NCBI GenBank assembly: GCA_030390025.1
Contig: CM059432.1
Span: 27,158,001 to 27,222,000, forward strand
Source: Squalus acanthias
Lineage: Eukaryota
DNA: 64,000 bases
Reading direction: 5' to 3'
Numbering within the stretch: the stretch's first letter is position 1; each line of letters starts with the position of its first letter. Below, in pieces: positions 25,268 to 39,062 of this stretch. The position numbers and the translations under genes are program-made. Under the pieces are notes generated by a model. It worked only from the letters and a program-made list of their open reading frames with translations, did not search any database and had not been told where the DNA came from.

Positions 25268-26685
25268 GAAACTATAGACCAGTTAGCCGAACATCTGTCA
25301 TTGGGAAAATGCTGGAGTCCATTATTAAGGAAGTAGTAGCAGGACATTTAGAAAATCATAATACAGTCAAGCAGAGTCAGCATGGTTTTATGAAAGGGAA
25401 ATCATGTTTGACAAATTTGCTGGAGTTCTTTGAGGATGTAACGAGCAGGGTGGATAAAGGGGAACCAGTGGATGCGGTGTATTTGGATTTCCAGAAGGCA
25501 CTCGATAAGGTGCCACATAAAAGGTTATTGCACAAGATAAGAGCTCACGGGGTTGGGGGTATTATATTAGCATTGATAGAGGATCGGCTAACTAACAGAA
25601 AACAGAGAGTCGGAATAAATGGGTCATTTTCCGGTTGGCAAACTGTAACTAGTGGGGTGCCACAGGGATCAGTGCTGGGGCCTCAACTATTTATAATCTA
25701 TATTAATGACTTGGATGAAGGGACCGAGTGTAATGTAGACAAATTTGCTGATGATACAAAGATAGGTGGGAAAGCAAGTTGTGAAGAGGACACAAAGAAT
25801 CTGCAATGGGATATAGACAGGCTAAGTGAGTGGGCAAACATTTGGCAGATGGAGTATAATGTGGGAAAGTGTGAGGTTATCCACTTTGGTAAGTAAAAGA
25901 GAAAAGAAAATTATTATTTAAATGGAGAGAGATTACAAAATGCTGCAGTTCAGAGGGACCTGGGGGTCCTTCTGCATGAAACACAAAAAGTTAGCATGCA
26001 GGTACAGCAAGTAATCAGGAAGGCAAATGGAATGTTGGCCTTTATTGCAAGGGGGTTGGAGTATAAAAGCAGGGAAGTCCTGCTACAACTATACAGGGTA
26101 TTGGTGAGACCACACCTGGAATACTGCGTACAGTTTTGATCTCCTTATTTAAGGAGGGATATACTTGCATTGGAGGCAGTTCAGAGAAGGTTCACGAGGT
26201 TGATTCCTGAGATGAAGGGGTTGACTTATGAAGAAAGGTTGAGCAGGTTGGGCCTATACTCATTGGAGTTTAGAAGAATGAGAGGTGATCTTATTGAAAC
26301 ATATAAGATACTGAGGGGGCTCGACAAGGTAAATGCGGAGAAGATGTTTCCCCTCATGGGGGAATCTAGAACTAGGGAGCATAGATTCAGAATAAGGGGT
26401 TGCCCATTTAAAACTGAGATGAGGAGGAATTTCTTCTCTCAGTGGGTCGTAAATCTGTGGAATTCTCTGCCCCAGAGAGCTGTGGAGGCTGGGTCATTGA
26501 ATATATTTAAGGTGGAGATAGACAGATTTTTGAACAATAAGTGAGTGAAGGGTTATGGGGAGCGGACAGGGAAATGGAGCTGAGCCCAAGATCAGATCAG
26601 CCATGATCTCATTAAATGGTGGAGCAGGCTCGAGGGGCTAAATGGCCTACTCCTGCTGCTATTTCTTATGTTCTTATGTTCTTAT
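25268..26685 (+). mobile_element. CR1, 5'-truncated
   Basis: RT motifs with stops, 3' stem-loop and ttcttatg tail. Confidence 0.9.
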
Positions 26686-26794
26686 TAAGGGCTAAAAATT
26701 CGTTTGCCCCCGAAAACAGGCATGTGATGTGTGATCAACCCGGACCCATTCAACGTAATGCAAGTAGCACAGTAACTTCGTGCTGCCTGCTGAT

Positions 26795-28915
26795 TTGTTT
26801 TGTGCTAGGTGTGACTCCAGCCAGTGGAGCGTTTTCCACCTGATTCCCATTGACTTCAATTTTACTAGGGCTCCTTGATGCCACACTCGGTCAAATGCAG
26901 CATTGATGTCAAGGGCAGTCACTCTCACCTCACCTCTGGAATTCAGCTCTTTTGTCCATGTTTGGACCAAGGCTGTAATGAGGTCGGGAGTCGAGTGGTC
27001 TTGGCGGAACCCAAACTGGGCATCAGTGAGCAGGTTATTGGTGAGTAAGTGCCGCTTGATAGCACTGTCAACGACACCTTCCATCACTTTGCTGAAGATT
27101 GAGGGTAGACTGATGGGGCGGTAATTGGCTGGATTGGATTTGTCCTGCTTTTTGTGGACAGGACCTACCTGGGCAGTTTTCCACATTGTTGGGTAGATGC
27201 CAGTGTTGTAGCTGTACTGGAACAGCTTGGCTAGAGGCGCTGCTGGGTCTGGGGCACAAGTCTTCAGCACAACAGCCGGGATGTTGTCGAGCCCCATTGC
27301 CTTTGCTGTATCCAGTGCACTCTGCTGTTTCTAGATAACACGTAGAGTGAATCGAATTGGCTGAAGACTTGCTTCTGTGATGGTGGGGACCTCAGGAGGA
27401 GGCTGATATGGATCATGCACTCGGAACTTCTGGCTGAAGATGGTTGCAAATGCTTCAGCATTGTTTGTTGCATTCGCTTGCTGGGCTCTGCCATCATTGA
27501 ATGGGGATATTCATGGAGCTTCCTCCTCCTGTTGTTTAATTTTCCACCACTATTCACGACTGGATGTAGCAGGACTGCAGAGCTTTGATCTGATCCGTTG
27601 ATTGTGGGATTGTTTAGCCCTGTCTATAACATGCTGCTTCTGCTGTTTAGCATGCATGTAGTCCTGTGCTGCAGCTTCCCCAGGTTGGCACCTCATTTTT
27701 AGGTACACCTGGTGCTGCTCCTGGCATGCTCTTCTACACTTCTTATTGAACCAGGGTTGGTCCCCTGGCTTGATGGTAATGGTAGAGTGAGGGATATGCC
27801 GGGCCATGAGGTTACAGATTGTGGTGGAATACAATTCTGCTGCTGCTGATGGCCCACAGCGCCTCATGGATGCCCAGTTTTGAGCTGCTAGATCTGTTCG
27901 GAATCTATCCCATTTAGCAAGGTGGTAGTGCCACACAACACGATGGAGGGTGTCCTCAGTGTGAAGACGGGACTTTGTCTCCACAAGGACTGTGCAGTGG
28001 TCACTGTCATGGACAGATGCATCTGTGACAGGTAGATTGGTGAGGATGAGATCAAGTATGTTTTTCCCTCGTGTTGGTTCTCTCACCACCTGCTGCAGGC
28101 CCAGTCTGGCAGCTATGTCCTTCAGGACTCGGCCAGATCAGTCAGCAGTGGTGTTACCGAGCCACTCTTGGTGATGGACGTTGAATCCCCCACCCAATGT
28201 ACATTCTGTGCCCTTGCTACCCTCACTGATTCTTCCAAGTGATGTTCAACATGGAGGAGTACTGATTCATCAGCTGAGGGAGGGCGATAGGTAGTAATCA
28301 GCAGGAAGTTTCCTTGTCCATTCTTGACCTGAAGCCATGAGACGTCATGGGGTCCGGTGTCAATGTTGATGACTCCCAGGGCCACTCCCTCCTGACTGTA
28401 TACCCCTGTGCCACCACCCCTGGTGGGTCTGTCCTGCTGGTGGGACAGGACATATCCAGAGATGGTGATGGAGGAGTCTGGGACATTGGCTGAAGGTATG
28501 ATTCTGTGAGTATGAGTATGTCAGGCTGTTGCTTGACTAGTCTGTGGGACAGCTCTCCCAATTTTGGCACAAGTCCCCAGATGTTAGTGAGGAGGACTTT
28601 TCAAGGTTAACTGGGCTGGGTGTGCAGCTGTCATGTCGGTAGCCGGTGCCGAGGTCGGTGCCGGGTGGTCCGTCCCATTTTATACTTATTATTGTTTCTC
28701 GTAGCGGTGTGTTATAACTGAGTGGCTTGCTAGGCCATTTCAGAGGGCAGTTAAGCGTCAACCACTGTGGGTCTGGAGTCACATATAGGTCAGACCAGTT
28801 AAAGGCAGCAGATTTCCTTCCCTAAAGGGCATTAGTGAACCAGATGGGTGTTTACGACTATCCGATAGTTTCATGGTCACCATTAGTGATAGTAGATTTT
28901 TATTCCAGATTTAAT
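26795..28915 (-). mobile_element. Second CR1-group LINE family (APE + partial RT) with SINE-like 5' leader
   Basis: ILTES, YRPP, PTRGKNILDL, SDH, PWFN, GLDNIP, NYRPISL, QFGFR, ALDI.AAFD. Confidence 0.85.
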
Positions 28916-29119
28916 GTGATTGTGGCATTCGGCCCAACTCTGAAAGCTTTGCTGAGTATCTGAACGCTCATCAGAGGGTGCAAGTTTGTGCAATTAAAGC
29001 TAGCCTGCACTTCTTAAAGTCTATCTGCATGTCTTAAAGGGGAGGAGCATTCTGCCTGAAGCAACTCATTGAACTGTCTGGGGGAAGAGAGTCAGCAGCA
29101 AAAAAAAAACAATTATATC

Positions 29120-31355
29120 ACAACAGAGCGTGCTCCAAGGTTCTCTAATGCAGCACTGGAGGCCTTGGTGCAGGAGGTGAAAACAAGGAGAGAGGTCTTG
29201 TTTCCATAGGAGGCCCTCTAGGCAAATGCATAAAAGGCAATGGGAGCAGATAGCCATTGTGATGAATGCCAGCAGTATAGCCCTGAGGACCTGTACGCAG
29301 TGCAGGAAGAAGTTTAATGACCTCACTCGAGTGGTCAATGTCAGTGAATTCATCTTCAGATGCCATATCCCACCATCTACACCACTAGAAACATAGAAAC
29401 ATAGAAGATAAGAACAGGAGTAGGCCATTCGGCCCCTCGAGCCTGCTCCGCCATTCGATGAGATCATGGCTGATCATCCAAACTCAGTACCCTGTCCCTG
29501 CCTTCTCCCCATATCCCTTGATACCTTTAGCCTTAAGAAATATATCTAACTCCTTCTTGAATATATTTACTGACTTGGCCTCAACTGCCTTCTGTGGTAG
29601 AGAATTCCACAGGTTCACCACTCTCTGGGTGAAGAAATTCCTCCTCATCTCTGTCCTAAATGGCTTACCCCTTATCTTTAGACTGTGACCTCTTGTTCTG
29701 GACTCACCCGCCATCGGGAACATCCTTCCTGCATCCAGTCTGTCTAGCCCTGTTAGAATTTTATAAGTTTCAATGAGATCTCTTCTCATTCTTCTAAATT
29801 CCAGCGAGTATAAGCCCAATCGACCCAATCTCTCCTCGTACATCATTCCTGTCATCCCAGGTATCAGTCTGGTGAATCTTCGCTGCACTCCCTCCATGGC
29901 AAGAACATCCTTCCTCAGATAAGGCGACCAAAACTGCACACAATACTCAAGGTGTGGTCTCACCAAGGCCCTGTACAGCTGCAGCAAGACATCCTTGTTC
30001 TTGTACTCAAACCCTCTCGCTACGAAGGCCAACATACCATTTGCCTTCTTAACCGCCTGCTGTACCTGCATGCTTACCTTCAGCGACTGGTGCACAAGGA
30101 CACCCAGATCTCGTTGCACTTCCCCTTCTCCCAATCTATTGCCATTCAGATAATAATCTGCCTTTCTGTTTTTGCCACCAAAGTGGATAACCTCGCATTT
30201 ATCCACATTATACTGCATCTGCCATGCTTCTGCCCAATCACCCAATCTGTCCAAATCATCCTGGAGTTTCTCTGCATCCTCCTCGCAGCACACACGCCCA
30301 CCCACCTTTGTGTCATCTGCAAACTTGGAGATATTACATCTAGTTCCCTCGTCTAGATCATTAATATATATAGTGAATAGCTGGGGTCCTAGGACCGATC
30401 CCTGCGGTACCCCACTAGTCACTGCCTGCCACTCGGAAAAAGACCCGTTTATTCCAACTCTTTGCTTCCTGTCTGCCAACCAGTTCTCTATCCAAGTCAA
30501 TACCTTGCCCCCAATCCCATGTGCCTTAACTTTACATGCTAATCTCTTATGTGGGACCTTATCGAATGCCTTCTGAAAGTCCAAATACACCACATCCACT
30601 GGTTCTCCCTTATCTATTCTGTCAGTTACATCCTCAAAAAATTCCAGTAGATTAGTCAAGCACGATTTACCTTTTGTAAATCCATGTTGACTTTGTCCAA
30701 TCCTGGCACTGTTTTCCATTTGCTCTGCTATTACATCTTTCATAATGGACTCCAGCATTTTCTCCACAACCGATGTCAGGCTTACCGATCTATAATTCCC
30801 CGTTTTTTCTTTACCACCTTTTTTGAACAGTGGGGTAACATGAGTTACCCTCCAATCCATGGGAACTGTTCCAGAGTCTATAGAATTTTGGAAGATGACC
30901 AGCAATGCATCTACTATTTCTAGGGCCACTTCCTTAAGTACCCTAGGATGTAGATTATCAGGCCCTGGGGATTTATCGGCCTCATACACTGCTCAATGCA
31001 CCACAATCCCATCACTCACCTACCAACAATCTCTACCAGACAAGACTTATACCTCACATTCATAGTTTCACCTCACACACTTATCACTACTGCAAGCCTC
31101 ATTCCCACAGCTCACAGCTTGCACACACTGTCAGCTATTCAACCATGACAGCCATATCATCCAAACACATTGACACACTTCCCTTTCTCCTGCAGGACAA
31201 GGTGGCTCACAATCGGTGCCAGCAGGGCCTAACTGGCGGGGGACAGGCGCGCCTGCATAACCTGACCCCGATGGAGGAGACGGTGCTGGCCATTGTTGGG
31301 AGGGCCATCGCTGAGCCTGTGGCCAGCTTTGGGGCTGAAAGAATACAAGATGACG
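29120..31355 (+). pseudogene. Harbinger Myb/SANT-like exons (about 29120-29345 and 31195-31355) split by a CR1
   Basis: ERAPRFSNAALEALVQEV..RREVLFP..W..QCRKKFNDL; DKVAHNR..TGGG..LTPMEE. Confidence 0.75.
29387..30981 (-). mobile_element. CR1, 5'-truncated, RT open
   Basis: 501-aa ORF 29484-30989 with all RT motifs; tail at left. Confidence 0.93.
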
Positions 31356-31420
31356 GTATCATCATATGTTATCCTCCTTCTCACACCCCACTTCCCCTCA
31401 TCCCACAATCTCTTCTGATC

Positions 31421-34400
31421 CGTTCGCTCGATTATCGTTCGTTTGATCGTTCACCACGCGATCATTCGTTCGCTCGAGTGTAAGTTCCAATGTGCATGCT
31501 TGCGTTTGCTCGAATCGTTCGTTCGACCACTACCCCATGAGGTCGTTCGTTTGATCGAGTGTAAGTTCCAATATGTATGTCTGAATGCGTGCGTGCGTAT
31601 CATTTGTCTAAGTGCGCGCCTGCGTGCGTTCGCTCGAATCGTTCGTTCTATCACTGCACAAGTGATCATTCGTTCGATCGAGTCTAAGTTCCAACATGCA
31701 TGAATGCGTTCGTTCGAATCGTTCGTCCGTTCGGTCACTCGAGCGTCCGTTCGTTCAATAAATTACCAATATTAATTTACTTTATCTTTCCAAACACACC
31801 AACACTAGACAATAACCTCAAAGTAAATTCCTACATAACCACCAATACATCATCATGTGCAAATTCCCACAGTCCTTATCAGAAAATCAATTAAGCTTCA
31901 AGTAAACTGCTTTCAAACAGAAAACCTGAAACCTTCCCAACAAAACAATTAAATACCAGTTCTACGCCAGTCCTATTGGCAATCCATTAACTCATATCAT
32001 TTGATGTTGTTGAACCATGTAAAGTCACAGTCCTTGTCCACAGTCTTCAGCCCTTCCACAGAAAAAAAAGCCATCCACTTCCTGAAATCCCATAAAAAGA
32101 CCGAACACTCAAATCTTCTTCTGCTTGCTATTATCGCTCACAGGACCCAACCATCAAAGAATACTCATCATTCCTTACTGATATTACTTTGCTTTGTCTT
32201 TTACTTTCCTTTTATTTTCCGTCTTTTAACCATTCACATTTTCCATCATGTAACTGCTCACGTGCCACATTACAGATGGAAACAGTTTGTCTTTCCTCCA
32301 CCAATATGGCGACGCATAAACCGGTCCCATGACCAAGAAAAAGCCTCACAGCTGCCGCCAGACAGAGCACATGCTGGGCCGTTGGAACTCATTCAGGCCC
32401 GAGACCATTCTGCAACTTTTAGAACCAGTGCAGCAATGCTCACCAACCGCATCTCCCAACTCCACCTCTGCCGACCAGCTGCCCCGCCCTGGGCCCCCCG
32501 CCTGGGGTTCTCCGTGCTGGGCCTCCCGCCTGGGCCACTCTCCTCCGGGTCTTCCACCTTGGGCCTTCTGCACCGGGCCCTCCGCACCGGCATTCCCCGC
32601 GAGCAGCCGGGGTGTGGAGCAGCCCGTTCACACAGCACCGAGTTGAGCCGAGTTGAAAATCTCACAGCCTTTTCTCCCCGGGCCTTCTGCACTGGGCCCT
32701 CCACACTAGCATTCCCCGCAAGCAGCTGGGGTGTGGAGATCACCCGTTCACACAGCACCAAGCACCAAACTGAACTGAACTGAACTGAGCTGAACTGAGC
32801 TGAACTGAACTGCGAATCTTGCAGCCTGGGCTTCGATTTTGTCATTTTTTTTTGTCATTAATCTTTTTATTCAAGTACAATAGTACTTATACAACTCATC
32901 AATTACATAGTAAACCTTTTCATTCCTTGATCACAATAAACAATAAAGCCTTAAAAAACAGCTTTATGGATTTTGATTTTGTCATTTTCTTTTACAAATA
33001 ATCAATAATGTTTACAGTACAAATACTCTTAAACAATACCACACAACTTTAGATTTAAAATAATAAATCTCAAAGTTAACTCCACATAAAACAAAAACCA
33101 TTTCAACACCACAGTGTACAAACACATAGCACCATCATAATCCAATTAAATGCTACAGATAACACTTATTCCAATAAACCAAGAAAAAAAAACCCCTGTT
33201 TTACGCATTGTTCGTTCGATCATTCGATCATTCATTCAATTGTTCGTTCGTTCATTCAAGCGTTCGTTCGTTCGTTCGATCGAGCGTAAGATCCAATATG
33301 TATGTATGAGTGCGTGCGTGCGTATCATTTGTCTAAGTGCGCGCTTGTATGCGTTCGCTCGATTATCGTTCGTTTGATCGTTCACCACGCGATCATTCGT
33401 TCGCTCGAGTGTAAGTTCCAATGTGCATGCTTGCGTTCGCTCGAATCGTTCGTTCGACCACTACCCCATGAGGTCGTTCGTTCGATCGAGTGTAAGTTCC
33501 AATATGTATGTCTGAATGCGTGCGTGCGTAGCATTTGTCTAAGTGCACGCCTGCGTGCATTCGCTCGAATCGTTCGTTCTATCACTGCACAAGTGATCAT
33601 TCGTTCGATCGAGTCTAAGTTCCAATATGCATGAATGCGTTCGTTCAAATCGTTCGTCCGTTCGGTCACTCGAGCGTCCATTCGTTCAATAAATTACCAA
33701 TATTAATTTACTTTATCTTTCCAAACACACCAACACTAGACAATAACCTCAAAGTAAATTCCTACATAACCACCAATACGTCACCATGTGCAAATTCCCA
33801 CAGTCCTTATCAGAAAATCAATTAAGCTTCAAGTAAACTGCTTTCAAACAGAAAACCTGAAACCTTCCCAACAAAACAATTAAATACCAGTTCTACGCCA
33901 GTCCTATTGGCAATCCATTAACTCATATCATTTGATGTTGTTGAACCATTTAAAGTCATAGTCCTTGCCCTTCCACGGAAAAAGAAACCATCCACTTCCT
34001 GAAATCCCGTATAAAAAGACCGAAAACTCAAATCTTCTTCTGCTTGCTGTTATCGCTCACAGGACCCAACCATCAAAGAATACTCATCATTCCTTACCGA
34101 TATTACTTTGCTTTGTCTTTTACTTCCCTTTTATTTTCTGTCTTTTAACCCTTCACATTTTCCATCAAGTGACCGCTCACGTGCCACATTACAGATGGAA
34201 ACAGTTTGTCTTTCCTCCACCAATATGGCGACGCATAAACCGGTCCCATGACCAAGAAAAAGCCTCACAGCTGCCGCCAGACAGAGCACATGCTGGGCCG
34301 TTGGAACTCATTCAGGCCCGAGACCATTCTGCAACTTTTAGAACCAGTGCAGCAATGCTCACCAACCGCATCTCCCGACTCCACCTCTGCCGACCAGCCG

Positions 34401-34723
34401 CCCCGCCCTGGGCCCCCCGCCTGGGGTTCTTCGTGCTGGGCCTCCCGCCTAGGCCACTCTCCTCCGGGTCTTCCACCTTGGGCCTTCTGCACCGGGCCCT
34501 CCGCACCGGCATTCCCCGCGAGCAGCCGGGGTGTGGAGCAGCCCGTTCACACAGCACCTAGTTGAGCTGAGTTGAGAATCTCACAGCCTTTCCTCCCTGG
34601 GCCTTCTGCACTGGGCCCTCCACACTAGCATTCCCCGCAAGCAGCCGGGGTGTGGAGCTCACCCGTTCACACATCACCAAACTGAACTTAGAATCTTGCA
34701 GCCTGGGCTTCGATTTTGTCATT
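31421..34723. repeat. Unclassified ~1.93-kb head-to-tail tandem unit (~1.7 copies)
   Basis: 31421-32846 aligns to 33352-34723 with high identity. Confidence 0.85.
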
Positions 34724-35426
34724 GGGCGGGCTGGGGTCGTGTCATCCACTTTTCGTGTTAGCCACCCGACTCCAATTGGATGTGGGAGAATTATTCGATT
34801 TTCACCTAATTGGGCAATTGAGTTCCAGCATGTGGGAACCCATGACCCAATTAGTGTTTTCAGTCTGAAAGTCGCCTCTGATGATGTCATCATTGCTGCT
34901 GCATTTAAGGTCTGCAAAGACTGGGAAGCTTTTGGCCTTTGCTGTGAGCGGGACCTGGAGGCAAAATGAGCAGCAGGAGACCTTAGTCTGTTTCCAGAAT
35001 TTTTTTGTACCACCACCACTCCAGGCTCCAAACTTCCACAACAATGGTTATGACTGCTAAAAGTTCCCCCAGAATGATGATTGATCAAATCTCCTTCTTA
35101 ATGGTGGACCTGCGGCTGATAGTCAGCAATCCAAGTGTGCTACCGCCAGGTTTCACCGTCGTGTTTCAGAGGAGGCGTGCATCACGTCGGAAAAGTCTTA
35201 AAATCAGAAAGGCCTCTCAAAATGGGATTATAGAGGCAATTAAGTGGTTGTTAAGGGCCTTAAGGGACTATCGCGCCTCTTGGAGGCGGGACGGAGACGG
35301 GATCAGAAACCACGCATTTGGGAAAATTGCTCGGAGGCGGGGTCGGGCCCGCCCGCCATTTTTTGCAATTTTAACACCCCACACTCCTCCATTCCCGCCT
35401 CCTCTGGCCTGGCAAAATCCAGCCCA
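34724..35426. mobile_element. Harbinger-type element end
   Basis: Ends ggcaaaatccagccc; terminal region resembles the reverse complement of 39063-39130. Confidence 0.5.
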
Positions 35427-37922
35427 TAGGGTGTTTCACACCTTATATGGAAAATCTCCGTCTGTTTGGAACAGATTTAAAATTGAGAAATTAAAAGTTA
35501 GGGTATTCGGGGAATAGTATAGAACACACGCAAGATTTGAGATTCGGTGTAAAGTGAAAATGGTGTTGTTTCTACGTGTATTCCACTAGCAGAAGCAACA
35601 AGGTCATCATGCCAGTTCTCTTGAAACACATCCTGGCTACTTTGCTGTGCTCCCACCCTGTGTGTCCCCAGATCTGGTTTAGAAAATATGGTCACCCTAC
35701 TTAACAACATTGTTTGTTCCAAAGAGTAATGGTTGATGCTCAGACTATTAAACACCTCAACTGCTTCTTTGTGACAGCAGTCAGTATGTGTTTACTTTTG
35801 ACATTTAGCTAATGTTCTGCCCCCTCCCCTCTTTGATTTGGTGAGTCTTGTAGCGAGTTTTCTTTTGTCTCCCTTTTTCCAGCTCTAATGAAACTGATGG
35901 GGATCTGCAGTTTATTTCTAGCAGTCTCTTTTGTATTTGTTTTATCAACTCCCTCACATCATGATAATTATTATGGTGCCTCATTCAATGCAGTTAGGCC
36001 ATCTGTTGTTTTTTGTGCACCCTCTCGCTATATGCGCTGTGCCGTTTAAATGGGCAGTGATGTTACTATTGAACAAGACTGTAGTGGATCACGGCTGAAA
36101 CTGTAACTCCACACCACTTAAAGCGGAGTAAGTACACCAGGTAATTGGATCCTAAAGAGAGGCTATTTATTTATTGAACATGCTTGTTATTGCAGTCACT
36201 GCCGAGCCGGCATGCTGTAATGCAACACCAGAGATAGGTGATTAAGTATACAAGGCAATTGAACCTTAATGAGGTGCGAACTACTAAGTCAACACCTGTA
36301 ATAAAAACAGAAAAGGCTGGTAATACTCAGCAGATCAGGTAGCTTCCATGGAAAGAGAAACAGAGTTAACGTTTCAGGTCGATGACTTTTCAGCACACCT
36401 GTCTCTGCCCAAAATAACCAGAGGAAAATAGGAACAATGTAGGAACAGGAGTAGGCCATTCAGCCCCTCGAGCCTGTTCCGCCATTCAATGAGATCATGG
36501 CTGATCTGCGACCTAACTCCATATACCGCCTTTGGCCCATATCCCTTAATACCTTTAGTTGACAAAAATATGTCAATCTCCAATTTAATATTAACAATTG
36601 ATCTAGCATTAATTGTTATTTGCGGAAGAGAGTTCCAAATTTCTACCACCCTTTGTGCGTAGAAGTGTTTCCTAATTTCACTCCTGAAAGGTCTGGCTCT
36701 AATTTTTAGACTATACCCCCTAGTCCTAGAATCCCCAACCAGTGGAAATAGTTTCTCTCTATCTACCCTATCTGTTCCCCATAATATCCTGAAAACTTCG
36801 ATTGGATCACCCCTTAACCTTCTAAATTCTAGGGAATACAACCCTAGTTTGTGTAATCTCTCCTCGTAACTTAACCCTTGAAGTCCGGGTATCATTCTGG
36901 TAAATCTACGCTGCACTCCCTCCGAGGCCAATATATCCTTCCTAAGGTGTGGTGCCCAGAACTGTTCAAGATACTCCAGGTGTGGTCTAACTAGGGTTTT
37001 GTATAGTGGTAGCATAACTTCTACTCCCTTGTGTTCTAGTCCTCTTGATGTAAAGGCCAGCATTCCATTTTTAAATTATTTTCTGTACCTTTTCATGACA
37101 GTTTAATGATCTATGTACCTGGACCCCCAAGTCTCTTTGGACATCCACTGTTTTTAGCTTTTCACCATTTAGAAAGTGCCCTGATCTATCGTTTAAGGTC
37201 CAAAGTGGATGACCTCACATTTGCTTACATTGAAATCCATTTGCCACAGTTTTGCCCATTTACTTAATCTGTTGATATCCCTTTGTAATTTTATGCTTTC
37301 ATCTACACTGCCTACAATGCTGCCTATCTTGGTGTCATCGGCAAATTTGGATAAATGCCTTTCTATGCTATCATCTACGTCGCTAATAAATACTATGAAT
37401 ATTTGAGGCCCCAAATCAGATACCTGCGGGACACCACTAGTCACCTCCTGCCAATTTGAGTACTTACCCATTATCCCTACTGCCTGTCTCCTGCCGCTCA
37501 GCCAATTTACTAACCAGGTCAATAATTTGCCCTCAATTCCGTGGACTTCTACCTTAGTTAACAGTCTCTTATGTGGGACTTTATCAAATGCCTTCTGGAA
37601 GTCCATATAAAAAACATCCATAGACATTCCCCTGTCCACTACTTTAGTTACCTCCTCAAAACATTCAATCAGGTTTATCAGGCATGACCTACCTTTCACA
37701 AATCCATGCTGGCTCTCTCTAATCAACTGAAAATTTCCAGGGTGTTCAGTCACCCTATCCTTAATTATAGACTCTAGCAACTTCCTGACAACAGATGCTA
37801 GGCTAACTGGTCTATAATTCTCTGATTTCCCTCTCTCGCCATTCTTAAATAGCGGAATGACATGTGCAATTTTCCAATCTAAAGGAATGGTTCCTGAATC
37901 GAGAGAATTTTGGAAGATTATA

Positions 37923-38662
37923 AAAAAGCAAAATACTGCGGATGCTGGAAATCTGAAATAAAAACAGAAAATGCTGGAAATACTCAGCTGGTCAGGCAGC
38001 ATCTGTGGAGAGAGAAACAGAGTTAACGTTTCAGGTTGATGACCCTTTGTCAGAACTGGAAAAAGCTGGAGATGGAACAGGTTTTTAAGCAAGTGCAGGG
38101 GCAGGGAAAGGGGGGAGGGGAGGAAAGAACAAAAGGGAAGGTCTGTGATAGGATGGAAGGCAGGAGAGAATAAGAGACATTAAGAGATGGTGCAAGGCAA
38201 AAGGAGATGGTAATGGGACAAGTTAAGAAACAAAAGATGGCTCTAGATGATGTGTAAATGGCACTGGCAGAATGAAAGACAGCTGCCATGTGGGACAGAG
38301 AAAAAAAAAATAAAGAAAAAAAAATGGGGGAAAAAAAGATAGGGGCAGGGGTGAGATGCAACACATGCCCTTTTACCTCTACCCTTCCCACCCATCAAAC
38401 TGCAGAGAATGTCACTGTTTGTCAGCTTCACAGAGCTGTCAATCTCTCTTAATCTCTCCTGCCTTCCATCCTATCACAGACCTTCCCTTTTGTTCTTTCC
38501 TCCCCTCCCCACTTTCCCTGTCCCTGCACTTGCTTAAAAACCTGTTCGATCTCCAACTTTTTCCAGTTCTGACGAAAGGTCATCGACCTGAAACGTTAAC
38601 TCTGTTTCTCTCTCCACAGATGCTGCCTGACCTGCTGAGTATTTCCAGCATTTCCTGTTTTT
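37923..38662. mobile_element. PLE insertion with inverted terminal arms
   Basis: Minus-strand tail at left, plus-strand tail at right; duplicated attttggaagattata at 37907 and 38663. Confidence 0.85.
38563..38604 (+). ncRNA. Minimal hammerhead ribozyme motif (PLE-associated)
   Basis: agtt-CTGACGA-a-aggtc(atc)gacct-GAAAC-gtt-aact: core boxes, stems I and II, palindromic stem III. Confidence 0.7.
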
Positions 38663-39062
38663 ATTTTGGAAGATTATAGTTAGGGCGTCTGCAAAGTGCT
38701 CACCTACTTCCTTTAAAACCCTGGGATAGAAACCATCTGGCCCTGGGGATTTGTCACTCTTTAGTGCCATTATTTTCTTCATTACTGTTATTTTACTTAC
38801 ATTAATTTTATTGAGTCCTTGTCCCCAATTCAATATCAGTTTCCTTGGGATTTCCGGCATGCTATTCTCTTCCTCTACTGTAAATACTGATGCAAAGTAA
38901 TTATTCAACATGACCGTGACTTCCTTAATATCATTGACAATATCACCGCTTTCAATTTTTAAGGGGCCAACATTGCTCCTGACTACCCTTTTTTTGCCAA
39001 TATAATTGTAAAAATTCTTTGTGTTGATTTTGATATCCCTTGCAAGTTTCTTTTCATACTCT

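Noticed and set aside
32001..34561. 260-aa and 198-aa ORFs in the tandem unit
   Set aside because: No recognisable motifs; 5' and 3' ends differ between the two copies
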